NCBI GenBank assembly: GCA_048538275.1 | Contig: JBLYPW010000001.1 | Location: 113,248 to 177,247, forward strand | Source of the DNA: Candidatus Komeilibacteria bacterium | GTDB taxonomy: Bacteria > Patescibacteriota > Patescibacteriia > UBA1558 | Direction: 5' to 3' | DNA: 64,000 bases | Shown here: one piece after another, positions 7,094-17,332 of the stretch | Numbering within the stretch: position 1 is the stretch's first letter | Layout of the letters: every line of letters begins with the position of its first letter | Program-made: the position numbers and the translations under genes | Notes under the pieces: generated by a model | Seen by the model: the letters and a program-made list of their open reading frames with translations, nothing else | What the model was told of the DNA's origin: nothing | Database searches by the model: none

Positions 7094-9622
7094 TTAGGTA
7101 ATGGATATTTTGTTTTTTTGTACGCCGATTTTTAAAAGTTTGGCTGCGGTCATTTCTTCACTTAATAATTTATCAGCCAAAGGCGCTTCTACGTATTCTT
7201 GGATGGCGCGACGGATGCCACGTGCTCCCTGATCAGGAGAGAAGCCTTTACGGACAATGAATTCAAAAGTATTTTTGGTAACTTGTGCTTTCAGGTTTTG
7301 TGCATGCAGGCGGGCTAACAACTCTTCTACTTGTAGCTTGGCAATCTTTTGTAAGGCTACTTTATCCAGTGGTTGGAATATAATAACATCATCAATGCGA
7401 TTTAAGAATTCAGGACGAAACTGATCGTGTAGGCTATGCTCAATGCGTCGGCTAAGCTCTCGCCAAGCGGTCGCTTGTTTTTGTTGCTGATCATCATCGC
7501 TGCTAAAACCAAGGGCAGCCTGTTTGTTGAATTCTTCTAAACCAATATTGGAGGTCATTATAATAATAGTGTTTTTAAAATTGATAGTTTTACCGGTGGC
7601 ATCAGTTAACTGGCCGTCTTCTAATACTGGTAATAGTAAATTATAGACATCGGGATGAGCTTTTTCTATTTCATCAAAAAGAACAACGGAGTATGGCTGA
7701 TGTTTGACTGAATCGGTCAAAGTGCCTTGCTCTTTATAGCCAACATAACCGGCTGGCGCGCCAATCAGTTTAGAGATATTAAAGCGTTCGGAAAATTCAG
7801 ACATATCTACGCGAATCAAAGCATCTTCACGACCAAAAAATTGGCGCGCTAGTACTTTGGCGGTTTCGGTTTTACCAACGCCAGATGGCCCTAAGAATAT
7901 AAAAGAGCCAATCGGACGGTGTGGGTTGGACAGACCAGTACGCGAACGGCGTATGCTTTGCGCAATGGCTTTTAAGGCCGGATCTTGCCCGATAATATCT
8001 TTGCGCAGTTCGTCTTCCAAGTGTAGCAGACGTTCTTTTTCTGATAAAGCTAGGTCTTTGACAGGTATGCGAGTCATGCGAGATATTACATCAGCAATAT
8101 CGTGCTTGGTGATGGTGCCTAAACTTTTTTTATTAATCAATTCGCTTTGGTTTTTGAGTTGTTCTAGTTTTTTTAGATATTCGCTTTCTTTTTCTTTGAG
8201 AGCTAAGGCATGACTGAATTCTTCTTGCATGATAGCCTGTTCTTTTTCTTTAATAATTTTATTGAGTTTTTGTTCGTAGTTACGGATGGTTTTGGCACGA
8301 CCATCTTTAGTTGCTTCTACTTTAAGTTTGGAAGCAGCTTCGTCAATCAAATCAATTGCCTTATCTGGTAAATATTTATCTTGCAAATAGCGCATGCTCA
8401 TATCCACGGCGGCTGTTAAAGCCGCGTCATCAATTTTGACATGATGATATTTCTCATAATTTTTGCGCAAGCCACGTAAGATTTCTATAGTTTCGTCGCG
8501 AGTAGATTCAATGACCATGATGGGCTGAAAGCGACGTTCAAAGGCGGCATCACTGGCGATGTATTTTTTATATTCTTCTGGTGTGGTCGCGCCTACGCAA
8601 CGCAGATGACCTCGTGCTAATTCCGGTTTTAGCAAATTAGCAGCGTCAAGCGTGCCACCGGCCGAGCCAGCACCCATGAGGTTATGAATTTCGTCAATAA
8701 AGAGAATAATATTTTTATCTTTTTTAACTTCTTTAATAATTTTCTTGATGCGGTTTTCAAATTCACCCCGATAGATAGTGCCAGCGATAGCCGAACCCAA
8801 GTCTAAACTAAGAATACGTTTGTTCACCAGTACATCTGGTACTTTACCTTCACTAATACGCTTGGCCAGACCTTCAATGATGGCTGTCTTACCAACGCCG
8901 GGGTCACCCAGTAGAATGGGGTTATTTTTAGTGCGACGGGAAAGGATCTGAATAAGGCGTTCAATCTCCCTGTCGCGACCAATGACCGGATCAATTTCGT
9001 CTTGTATTTTTTCATCAGTCAGGTCTATAGCATAAGTGTTGAGAGCAGATTCTTGGTTATTATTGTTACCGGCCATTATTTTTTCTAGTTCATTGGCTGC
9101 AAAATCATTATCGTCATATTCTTCTTCACTATTTGTTTTATTGCCAGATAGGTCAGGGAATTTGGAAGTACTTTTTAGTACAGCTTCTAGATGAGTGCGT
9201 AATTGACTAGGCTGAACATTTTTACTACCTAAAAATTTTAGTAAATTCCCATCTTGACTATCTATTAGACTATAGAGTAAATGTTCGGTACCGATATAGC
9301 GGTGATTGAAACGATAGGCGGTAGTAGCAGCGTTTTCTATAATTTTTTGGGTATTGTTGGTTAGGGTAGGCACGATACCTTCGTCTAATTCTCCTTTATT
9401 ATTGAGTATAGTTAAAATATCCTTGGCTTCTTCACCAGAAAATTTATTTTTAGCCAGAATATCCGCGCCAATAGAGCCTTGTTCTACTGTTATGGCATAG
9501 AGTAAATGAAGCGGCTCAACATTTTTATTGCGTAGACTAATAGCTAATTCTTGTGCTGTTATAAGGATTTTTTTGAAATGAGAAGTGAATTTCTCAAAAG
9601 CGTCATTCAAATCGTTTTCCAT
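7094..9622 (-). CDS. clpC: Clp/Hsp100 ATPase with two AAA+ modules (ClpC-type, short middle domain)
   Basis: Clp_N repeats; Walker A sites GDPGVGKTAI and GPSGVGKTETAK; sensor and R-finger regions; 842 aa. Confidence 0.85.
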   Translation of the reverse strand: MENDLNDAFEKFTSHFKKILITAQELAISLRNKNVEPLHLLYAITVEQGSIGADILAKNKFSGEEAKDILTILNNKGELDEGIVPTLTNNTQKIIENAATTAYRFNHRYIGTEHLLYSLIDSQDGNLLKFLGSKNVQPSQLRTHLEAVLKSTSKFPDLSGNKTNSEEEYDDNDFAANELEKIMAGNNNNQESALNTYAIDLTDEKIQDEIDPVIGRDREIERLIQILSRRTKNNPILLGDPGVGKTAIIEGLAKRISEGKVPDVLVNKRILSLDLGSAIAGTIYRGEFENRIKKIIKEVKKDKNIILFIDEIHNLMGAGSAGGTLDAANLLKPELARGHLRCVGATTPEEYKKYIASDAAFERRFQPIMVIESTRDETIEILRGLRKNYEKYHHVKIDDAALTAAVDMSMRYLQDKYLPDKAIDLIDEAASKLKVEATKDGRAKTIRNYEQKLNKIIKEKEQAIMQEEFSHALALKEKESEYLKKLEQLKNQSELINKKSLGTITKHDIADVISRMTRIPVKDLALSEKERLLHLEDELRKDIIGQDPALKAIAQSIRRSRTGLSNPHRPIGSFIFLGPSGVGKTETAKVLARQFFGREDALIRVDMSEFSERFNISKLIGAPAGYVGYKEQGTLTDSVKHQPYSVVLFDEIEKAHPDVYNLLLPVLEDGQLTDATGKTINFKNTIIIMTSNIGLEEFNKQAALGFSSDDDQQQKQATAWRELSRRIEHSLHDQFRPEFLNRIDDVIIFQPLDKVALQKIAKLQVEELLARLHAQNLKAQVTKNTFEFIVRKGFSPDQGARGIRRAIQEYVEAPLADKLLSEEMTAAKLLKIGVQKNKISIT

Positions 9623-9870
9623 AGATAAAGTTTATTATAGTCTTATTAAAAAAGTATATTATATTATCAAGAATTGTCAATTTTAGCAAGTCAGAATAGA
9701 TAAAAAAACCTCCTCGGGAGTGATCCCGAGAAAGTATGGCGAATAAAGATTAAGCAGAGGAGGGTCACTAGATTTAAAAATGGTGGTAACGAACAAAGCT
9801 TGCAATCGTATTCAAGACTTTTGAGTCACGGCAATGCTTATAAGTTAAGGTAAAAACTTGTTGGATAAAT

Positions 9871-11130
9871 ATGTTTAATATCGACTATTGTGAGGATAGA
9901 TTGTATAATAGTTCTATGAATCAACGATATTTTTTTATTTTTGGTAATCATCCGGCTTTGGCAATGGCGGAAATTTTGGCAGTAGCTAGAGCAGATAAGA
10001 TTGACTTGACTATTGATTATAGCAATGACGAATTTGTTATTCTTTCCAGCGATAAAGATATTGGTATAGATTTTTTTGATCAGTTGGGTGGGAGTCAAAA
10101 ATATGGCGAGATCAAGGCAATGGACCATGATGTTGAAACTGATGGTTGGCCGCAGTGGTTACAGCCAAATAGTAAAGAGGAGAGATTTAATTTTGGTATA
10201 TCCCTTTATGGTCAGACAGCAAAAGCAAAACAACAGCCACTTTTCAAGCTTGGCTTAACAGAGAAGAAGCGGTGGCGTCAGGCTGGTTTTAGCGTACGCT
10301 TGGTGCAATCGCGTGAGCCGGCCTTATCCAGCGTGATTGTTAAAAAAGAAAATATTATCACTAAAGGTGCGGAGCTGGTGTGCTTATTGGCAGATGATTT
10401 GTCTTGGCTAGGGCAGACTTTGGCGGTACAAGATTTTGACAATTTTAGCCGACGTGATTATGGGAAGCCAGCACGCGATAGTCATAGTGGCATGTTGCCA
10501 CCTAAGTTGGCACGCATGATGTTAAATGTTAGCAGTGGGGATAAGGACAAAATCTTATTGGATCCTTTTTGTGGATCGGGCACTATTTTATTGGAAGCAA
10601 TGTCATTGGATTGGTATAAAATACAAGGTAGTGATCAGAGTGCCAAGGCAGTGGCTGATACCATTCAAAATACAAATTGGTATAAAGAAGATATTAATTA
10701 TCAAGGAGAATTATCCGTTAGACAATTGACAGTAGAAAATTTAGTAGAGCATTGGTCTGGTGATAGATTGCATACGGTTGTGACTGAGCCTTATTTGGGA
10801 CCGCCGCATACTCGTCCCTTGCCGGAGCAGGTAGCGGCTGATTTGGTAGCAGAGCTTACAGCTTTATATCAGCGGGCATTAGGTTCCTTGGCGCAGATTA
10901 TGCCGGCCGGCGCCGTCTTAGTGATGATAATCCCGGTTTTGTCCGGTCAGCGTAATATGCATTATTTGTCTTTGGCAAAGATTGCCTCATCTGAGCAATG
11001 GCATCTGGCTTGGCCTGGTCAAAGTCAATGGGAGCATTTATCTTCTTGGCAGGGCGAGCGACAGAGTTTTTTGTATAAACGTTCTCATCAGGTAGTGCAA
11101 AGAGAAATTGTGCGCTGGCGGCGTTTATAA
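9871..11130 (+). CDS. putative SAM-dependent RNA methyltransferase (UPF0020/RlmL-Trm11-like)
   Basis: Motif I LDPFCGSGTILLEAM and a later TEPYLGPP (DPPY-like). The true start may be the internal Met (MNQRYFF). Confidence 0.5.
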   Translation: MFNIDYCEDRLYNSSMNQRYFFIFGNHPALAMAEILAVARADKIDLTIDYSNDEFVILSSDKDIGIDFFDQLGGSQKYGEIKAMDHDVETDGWPQWLQPNSKEERFNFGISLYGQTAKAKQQPLFKLGLTEKKRWRQAGFSVRLVQSREPALSSVIVKKENIITKGAELVCLLADDLSWLGQTLAVQDFDNFSRRDYGKPARDSHSGMLPPKLARMMLNVSSGDKDKILLDPFCGSGTILLEAMSLDWYKIQGSDQSAKAVADTIQNTNWYKEDINYQGELSVRQLTVENLVEHWSGDRLHTVVTEPYLGPPHTRPLPEQVAADLVAELTALYQRALGSLAQIMPAGAVLVMIIPVLSGQRNMHYLSLAKIASSEQWHLAWPGQSQWEHLSSWQGERQSFLYKRSHQVVQREIVRWRRL

Positions 11131-11187
11131 AACTATTGTCTCTGAAGATAGTTTTGTGTTATAATTTAAGGGTTAAAACCCTTTTTT

Positions 11188-12264
11188 ATGAATGAATTTA
11201 TCGTTAAAGAATACGCCGTTAAAGATAAACAAGGTAATTTTAAAATTTGGCAAAAAGGCCGCTTGCGTGATTATCATGAATGGTTAACGGAACAAGCTAG
11301 TTTAGCCGCAGCAGAAAATAGCGATAGTCGGGCTATGCTTGATACTGGCATGGAAGAGCCGCGTTTAGCTCCGCCGCCACCTGTTATTATCGCACCCACA
11401 CCGGCGATAAAGAAGTTTAGTCTGGATAAGATTGTAGACAAACTGAATGCTAAGTACCAATGGCAGTGGGACAATGAAGATTTAGCTACTTTTAAAAAAT
11501 TATTGTTTTCTTATTTTCGCGATGTACGAGAAGCTTCTGATTTACGTCAGCTTTTAGAACGTAAATTAGCTGGCTCCGGTGGAGTTCTAGCCAATACAGA
11601 TTTGGATGATTTATTGCATAATATTAAGAAAATCAACGCCCAGATTAAAGCTGCTAAAGGCCAAGTGATAAGTTTGGATAATGAAAGTAAGCGTTTGCAG
11701 TCAGAGCCGAGTGTCCAAGCTAAAATCGCGCAAGCGCAAGCTGAAGCACGTCAGCAAATCGCCCAAGATATGAATCGTGGTCGGGCGCCGATAGAGCAGG
11801 CAGCTAAGCAGACTAATGAGCCGGAATTTGTAGTGCCAGATAAACCGGTTAAAGATCATGGTTGGCATTTGTTTAAAAAACGAGAAGCTACTGTGCCAGC
11901 TGGCAAAGTAGCAATGCAAGAAGTTGCTAGTTTTAGTAAGTTAGTGGGGCCGGTAGATGAATTACGCCAATTATCTTTGTCTGTCTGGCGACGCTTGGGA
12001 CCTGATTCCACTACCATTATTAATAAAATAAAACAGCGTATAGAAAGCTTAGGAGCAGATTCATTGGCAAAGCGTTTGGCGGCTATCAAAGCCTGGCAAG
12101 CGAGCGCAGTATATAAAGAATATGTTGATTTGGGGCGAGCTAGTTTGGAGGAAGGCTTGCCAGTAGATACTATTATACAAAGGCGTCAGAGTGCTGGACA
12201 AGAAACGCTTACGGTACAGGAATTTTCCGCCATTTCTGATCTAAATGGACAATTACGTTTTTAA
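11188..12264 (+). CDS. hypothetical soluble protein, first gene of the T4SS-like cluster
   Basis: 358-aa ORF with no TM segment and no motif I recognise; co-directional and tightly spaced with the downstream genes. Confidence 0.45.
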   Translation: MNEFIVKEYAVKDKQGNFKIWQKGRLRDYHEWLTEQASLAAAENSDSRAMLDTGMEEPRLAPPPPVIIAPTPAIKKFSLDKIVDKLNAKYQWQWDNEDLATFKKLLFSYFRDVREASDLRQLLERKLAGSGGVLANTDLDDLLHNIKKINAQIKAAKGQVISLDNESKRLQSEPSVQAKIAQAQAEARQQIAQDMNRGRAPIEQAAKQTNEPEFVVPDKPVKDHGWHLFKKREATVPAGKVAMQEVASFSKLVGPVDELRQLSLSVWRRLGPDSTTIINKIKQRIESLGADSLAKRLAAIKAWQASAVYKEYVDLGRASLEEGLPVDTIIQRRQSAGQETLTVQEFSAISDLNGQLRF

Positions 12265-12267
12265 GTT

Positions 12268-12723
12268 ATGCAAAAGTTTATTGTTCCCCAATTTATTGAT
12301 GTAGAAAGTAAAATAATCGGGCCTATCACCACTCGTCAATTTGTTATTACTCTAGTGGGCTTATTATTTGGCTTTATTGCTTATAAATTGTCAGATTTTA
12401 CTTTATTTTTTTTGGAGGCAATCATCATATTTGTTATAGTGGCAGCCTTTGCTTTTGTAAAAGTCAACGCCGCTCCTTTTCATGTTTTTTTACTAAATTT
12501 TTTAAAAACTTCTTTTGCTCCCAATTTAAGAGTATGGAAAAGAGAAAAATGGCAAGCGACCGCTAAAAAAGAAGAGGATAAAAAAGAAGATGAGCCAGAG
12601 CATCCGCCGCGTCGTAGATTAACGGCCTCACGCTTATCCGAGCTAGCTTTGATTATAGATACCGGCGGCGCTTATAGTGGTGAGGATATTATCAATTCAC
12701 AAAGTCAAGATAATGAAAAATAA
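12268..12723 (+). CDS. small 2-TM membrane protein (VirB3/PrgI-like position)
   Basis: Two hydrophobic helices. It sits 2 genes upstream of the VirB4 ATPase (13397..15253), with only the 226-aa ORF at 12713-13393 between them. Confidence 0.35.
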   Translation: MQKFIVPQFIDVESKIIGPITTRQFVITLVGLLFGFIAYKLSDFTLFFLEAIIIFVIVAAFAFVKVNAAPFHVFLLNFLKTSFAPNLRVWKREKWQATAKKEEDKKEDEPEHPPRRRLTASRLSELALIIDTGGAYSGEDIINSQSQDNEK

Positions 12724-13393
12724 AAAAGCTAAAAATCAAGGTTTGCCTAGTACGGAAAAATATTTATTTGCGGAAACGGTACGTGACGACACCGTAGTTT
12801 TGAAAAATGGCGGATTGCGAGCAATATTGATGACTTCTTCTATAAACTTTGCTTTGAAAAGCGAAGATGAACAGCAAGGTATTTTGCAAGGGTATGTTTC
12901 TTTGTTGAATTCTATTGATTTTCCTTTGCAGATTGTAGTGCAGTCTCGTCCTTTAAAGATTGATAACTATTTATCAAGCATGGATAAGCGGATGACGGAA
13001 ATTGATAATGAACTTTTACGCGTACAGCTACAGGATTATAAAAAATATATCACTGAGCTTTTAAGTCTAGGTGATATTATGAGTAAAAAGTTTTACTTGG
13101 TTGTGCCCTATGAGCCGGGAGGCGGAGGGGGAAAGAAGAATTTTTGGACACAAGTAACAGAAGTATTTTCTTCTCGTTCCATTATAAATCTTAGTCGCAA
13201 ACAGTTTAATGAATATAAAGATGAATTAGAGCGTCGTGTTAGCTTGGTCATGGCTGGCCTAAATAATATGGGCTTATCATCAGTTCGTTTGGATACGCAA
13301 GGCCTGATTGAATTACTTTATAACAGCTACAATCCATTGATATCCAATTGGCAAAAATTACCAGACATTAATGAGTTGAATTTAGAAAAATAA
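12713..13393 (+). CDS. hypothetical protein, T4SS-associated
   Basis: The ORF track starts at a GTG (12677); an ATG at 12713 (MKNKKAKNQ) is the more plausible start. The size is roughly what the short downstream VirB4 lacks at its N-terminus. That is inference only. Confidence 0.4.
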   Translation: MKNKKAKNQGLPSTEKYLFAETVRDDTVVLKNGGLRAILMTSSINFALKSEDEQQGILQGYVSLLNSIDFPLQIVVQSRPLKIDNYLSSMDKRMTEIDNELLRVQLQDYKKYITELLSLGDIMSKKFYLVVPYEPGGGGGKKNFWTQVTEVFSSRSIINLSRKQFNEYKDELERRVSLVMAGLNNMGLSSVRLDTQGLIELLYNSYNPLISNWQKLPDINELNLEK

Positions 13394-13396
13394 ATT

Positions 13397-15253
13397 ATGC
13401 GTATTCCTAACCAAACTAATAAAATAATGAGTAGTGAGGCGCCGGAAAGTCAATCTCAAGATAAGGAGCTTTTACAGGCAGAAAAAACTTTTCGGGAGGG
13501 CATGACAACGGTGCGAGAATTAGTCGCCCCTTCTAGTATGAAGGTGGATAAAGACAATTTACGATTGGGACAAAAATATGTACGCACAGTTTTTGTTATT
13601 AATTACCCGCGTTATATCAGCTTAGGGTGGTTTACACCGATTATCAATTTGAATGCAGAATTAGACATAGCTATGTATTTTTATCCGGTGGAATCAAAAG
13701 TAGTGCTTAAGCAGTTGAAAAATAAAGTTGGTGCTTTGGAGGCGGAGATAGTAGCAGATTCGGAAAAGGGCGCGCCACGAGATCCGATGAAAGAGACAGC
13801 TTTACGAGATATTGAAAGCTTACGTGATGATTTGACGCAGGGGATTGAGAAATTTTTCCAATTTGCTCTTTATGTCACAATTTATGCCGATAATGTTGAA
13901 GAATTAGATCAATTGAACGATCAAGTAGAGTCTATTATTGGTGCCAAATTAGTAATGTCAAAAAGAGCTTTGTATCAAGCAGAACAGGGTTTTAATTCTA
14001 GTTTGCCTTTGGGTAATGACGAATTGATGATATCCAATAATTTAAACTCCTCACCGGCGGCTGCTTCTTTTCCTTTTATTTCCTCTGATTTAACTTCGGA
14101 TAGCGGCATTCTTTATGGCATCAATCGTCACAATAATAGTTTGATAATTTTTGACAGATTTTCTTTACAAAACGCAAACTCTTGTGTATTTGCAACTTCT
14201 GGCGCGGGCAAAAGCTATGCCGTAAAATTGGAAGCTTTGCGCAGCTTGATGATGGGTACCGATGTTATTATTATTGATCCAGAAAGTGAGTATAAATATT
14301 TGGCCGACGCCGTGGGAGGCACTTATATTAATATTTCTTTAAACTCTGATAGCAAGTTAAATCCTTTTGATTTGCCCCGGGGAGTGGGTGGAGAATCCAA
14401 AGCGGCAGACATTATTCGTAGCGCTATTATCACTATCAAGGGTTTGTTGAAAATCATGCTGGGAGAGTTTACTCATCAGGAAGATTCTTTATTGGATAGA
14501 GCTATTTTAGAAACTTATGCCAAAAAAGATATTGGACCGGATAGTGATTTATCTAATGTGGAGCCGCCGATTTTAAGCGATTTAGAACAAATATTATCTG
14601 GTATGGAGGGTGGTGAAGACTTAGCCCTACGTTTGAAAAAATATACCGAAGGTACTTTTTCTGGTTTGCTCAACAATTTTACTAATGTGGATATGAACAA
14701 TCAGCTAGTTGTCTTTTCGGTGCGAGATTTAGAGGATGAGTTGCGTCCGATTGGGGTTTATACGATTGTAAACTATATCTGGAATATAGTACGTTCGCAA
14801 ATGAAAAAACGTATTTTAGTGATTGATGAAGCGTGGTGGTTGATGCAGCATGAAGACTCCGCCAAGTTTATTTTTGCTTTGGTTAAACGTTGTCGCAAAT
14901 ATTATTTGGGCGTTACTACTATCACTCAAGATGTTAATGATTTTTTGGGCAACAAATATGGTCGCGCCATTGTGACTAATTCGGCTTTACAAATATTATT
15001 AAAACAATCTTCGGCTGCCATTGATAATGTTCAGAAAACATTTATGTTGACGGAGGGGGAAAAATATTTACTTTTGGAGGGTGGCGTTGGTACGGGTATA
15101 TTTTTTGCCGGTAGTAAGCATGCTGCCATCCAAGTAGTGGCATCTTATGCAGAGGATCAAATTATTACTTCCGACCCACGTCAGTTATTAGAAATTGAGG
15201 AGGCAAAAAAGGAATTTGCTGCCGATCAAAAAGCTAAACAAAATAATGCTTAA
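13397..15253 (+). CDS. virB4: VirB4/TrbE/CagE-family type IV secretion ATPase
   Basis: Walker A FATSGAGKSY; Walker B ILVIDEAWW (the DEAW signature); N-terminal LGQKYVRTVFVINYPRYISLGW typical of VirB4. Confidence 0.8.
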   Translation: MRIPNQTNKIMSSEAPESQSQDKELLQAEKTFREGMTTVRELVAPSSMKVDKDNLRLGQKYVRTVFVINYPRYISLGWFTPIINLNAELDIAMYFYPVESKVVLKQLKNKVGALEAEIVADSEKGAPRDPMKETALRDIESLRDDLTQGIEKFFQFALYVTIYADNVEELDQLNDQVESIIGAKLVMSKRALYQAEQGFNSSLPLGNDELMISNNLNSSPAAASFPFISSDLTSDSGILYGINRHNNSLIIFDRFSLQNANSCVFATSGAGKSYAVKLEALRSLMMGTDVIIIDPESEYKYLADAVGGTYINISLNSDSKLNPFDLPRGVGGESKAADIIRSAIITIKGLLKIMLGEFTHQEDSLLDRAILETYAKKDIGPDSDLSNVEPPILSDLEQILSGMEGGEDLALRLKKYTEGTFSGLLNNFTNVDMNNQLVVFSVRDLEDELRPIGVYTIVNYIWNIVRSQMKKRILVIDEAWWLMQHEDSAKFIFALVKRCRKYYLGVTTITQDVNDFLGNKYGRAIVTNSALQILLKQSSAAIDNVQKTFMLTEGEKYLLLEGGVGTGIFFAGSKHAAIQVVASYAEDQIITSDPRQLLEIEEAKKEFAADQKAKQNNA

Positions 15254-15264
15254 TTTATAAATAT

Positions 15265-15834
15265 ATGTATTGGACACGTAGAAAAATGATAATAATAGGA
15301 GCGGTGATTCTTTTGGTCATTATTGTATTGATTGTATTGTGGTTTGTTTTACGTTCCAGCCAACCTAATGATAATGGTTTGAACAATGGTCCTCAAGTGT
15401 ATGACTCTAGTAATGCCGATCAGGTTGTTTTACCCAGTCTGCCCAGCAAGACAGAGGTGTCACCGCTAAGTCAGGGAGCAGCCACTTTAGCGCGTAATTT
15501 TGTTGAACGTTATCTAAGTTTTTCCAATGATGCTTGGGGCTCTAATTTGAGCATTTTGCAAAGCCAGATGTCAGTTGTGATGCAACAGACTAGTGAGCAG
15601 GATCTGCGTAATTGGCAAAACCAATACCCGGCGGGAAGTTTTTATGGGGTTAGCACTAAGGTATTAAGTCAAGAACAGCTTAGCGCGAGTGAAGATTATT
15701 ATTCTGCCCGTTTGACGGTCCAACAAGAAGAGACCGCCGGCAGCGAAGTTAGTATTAGCCGCCATCAGTATGATATTAAAATGCGGCAAGCTCAAGGAGA
15801 ATGGTATGTTAATGATTTAATTAAGGTTGACTAA
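15265..15834 (+). CDS. bitopic membrane protein (N-terminal TM + extracytoplasmic domain; VirB8-like topology)
   Basis: Single N-terminal TM helix followed by a ~150-aa soluble domain. Confidence 0.4.
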   Translation: MYWTRRKMIIIGAVILLVIIVLIVLWFVLRSSQPNDNGLNNGPQVYDSSNADQVVLPSLPSKTEVSPLSQGAATLARNFVERYLSFSNDAWGSNLSILQSQMSVVMQQTSEQDLRNWQNQYPAGSFYGVSTKVLSQEQLSASEDYYSARLTVQQEETAGSEVSISRHQYDIKMRQAQGEWYVNDLIKVD

Positions 15835-16073
15835 TGTCAGAAGATAAGGCAGAGCAATTTAGGGATGAGATGGCTAGTGCCCGGCAGGCTGCTCAGCATC
15901 AATCAGCCACTTCGGCGGCAGTTGATATTGCAAAAGATCAGATCAAGAAGCGCGCCACCCGACAAATATTGATCTGGGTCGGGGGCGTGGTGGCGGCGGT
16001 ATTGCCTTGGGTGTTATTAATATTATTTATCTTAGCTATCATAATAGGCGTGTATAATGAATATATTTCTTAA
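15834..16073 (+). CDS. small tail-anchored membrane protein
   Basis: 79 aa with a C-terminal hydrophobic helix; start codon overlaps the upstream stop. Confidence 0.35.
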   Translation: MSEDKAEQFRDEMASARQAAQHQSATSAAVDIAKDQIKKRATRQILIWVGGVVAAVLPWVLLILFILAIIIGVYNEYIS

Positions 16074-16076
16074 TAT

Positions 16077-17309
16077 ATGATGAACGATCGGACAAAAAAA
16101 ATATTATTTATTGTAGGTTTTGTTATTATTACAATTTTATTAGCTTGGGCTTTGTATAGTTTATTTTTTAGTAGTTCGGTTATTGATAATGTTCCGGTTA
16201 ACAATGCTAATCAGCCGGTTGGCGGTTTGCCTTCTATAAATAATGGTGGGACAAATCGAGTGACGCAGCCAAGTAATAATATTGCTAATCAGAGTGGTTA
16301 TTCGGGTTTGCCATCTACTGGTGTATCTGCTCAGACAGCAAAACCAATAAGCGAGATAACTGACCAACCTGTACAGTCGGTCACAGTTGGTTCACAAGGA
16401 GAGGTGGCTTGGTATGATCAAGGGGATGGCAAGTTTTATAAATTACAAAGTGGTCAGGTACAAAGCATGAGTGATAAAACATTTCCGCAGGCAGAAGCGG
16501 TTAGTTGGTCACCACAGGCTGATAAAGCAATAGTGGAATATCCCGACGGCTATAATATACTTTACGATTTTGTTAAACAAAAACAGATTAGCTTGCCTAA
16601 GGAGATGACTGATTTTACTTTTTCTGGCAGTGGTCAGCAGATTGCTGCTAAGGTAGTTACCGACAATCCTGATAATAATTGGATTGTAACTGCCAATTAT
16701 GACGGTAGCGGATTGCAGTTTATAGAGCATATCGGCGACAAGAGCCGGGATGTACAAATGGATTGGTCGCCAGCTGGCGAGATAATTGCTACTTATCGGG
16801 AGGGCGTGGATTTTGAAAGACAAGAGGTTTATCCCATTGGTCAATCAGGTTCTAATATTAAATCACTGAAAACAGATGGTAGAGGATTTGTCAGTAAGTG
16901 GTCACCGCAAGGTAATTTGATTGTTTATAGCGTGTATAATAGTTTTAGCGGTTATCGGCCGGTATTATACGTGGCGGATATGGGTGGTGATTGGACTGGT
17001 TCTTATTATTTGAATTTAGGATTGCAGAGTTGGCCGGATAAGTGCGTTTTTAATTCTACTAGTCAAAAGTTGTATTGCGCCGTACCTGATGATTTACCTG
17101 AGTTATCCGGTATTTATCCGGAACTGGCCGATGATAGTAGCGATATTTTTTATGAAATTAACTTATCTACTGGCAATAAGCGTATATTACCTCTTGCCAC
17201 TGGTTCGGATAAAGTGCAAGCAACAGATTTGCGTTTGTCTGCTAATGAGGATAAACTATATTTTATTAACAAAGAAACAGGGCGTTTGACGGAAATTAAT
17301 TTGCGTTAG
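16077..17309 (+). CDS. membrane-anchored beta-propeller (PD40/TolB-like repeat) protein
   Basis: N-terminal TM; repeated WSPxGxxI/V motifs (MDWSPAGEIIATY, KWSPQGNLIVYSV, VSWSPQADKAIVEY). Confidence 0.45.
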   Translation: MMNDRTKKILFIVGFVIITILLAWALYSLFFSSSVIDNVPVNNANQPVGGLPSINNGGTNRVTQPSNNIANQSGYSGLPSTGVSAQTAKPISEITDQPVQSVTVGSQGEVAWYDQGDGKFYKLQSGQVQSMSDKTFPQAEAVSWSPQADKAIVEYPDGYNILYDFVKQKQISLPKEMTDFTFSGSGQQIAAKVVTDNPDNNWIVTANYDGSGLQFIEHIGDKSRDVQMDWSPAGEIIATYREGVDFERQEVYPIGQSGSNIKSLKTDGRGFVSKWSPQGNLIVYSVYNSFSGYRPVLYVADMGGDWTGSYYLNLGLQSWPDKCVFNSTSQKLYCAVPDDLPELSGIYPELADDSSDIFYEINLSTGNKRILPLATGSDKVQATDLRLSANEDKLYFINKETGRLTEINLR

Positions 17310-17332
17310 ACGTTGGACCAGGGGACAGCATT

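Noticed and set aside
9700-9760. 7-bp hairpin (ctcggga/tcccgag) upstream of clpC, and a possible CtsR operator
   Set aside because: The hairpin lies in the clpC 5' region, but no convincing CtsR heptad repeat (GGTCAAA-N3-GGTCAAA) is present. A weak TTGACA-N15-TATACT promoter at 9653-9679 (minus strand) was noted but is too uncertain to call.
9838-10128. 96-aa minus-strand ORF overlapping the start of the methyltransferase gene
   Set aside because: It is antisense to a better-supported gene and has no motif.
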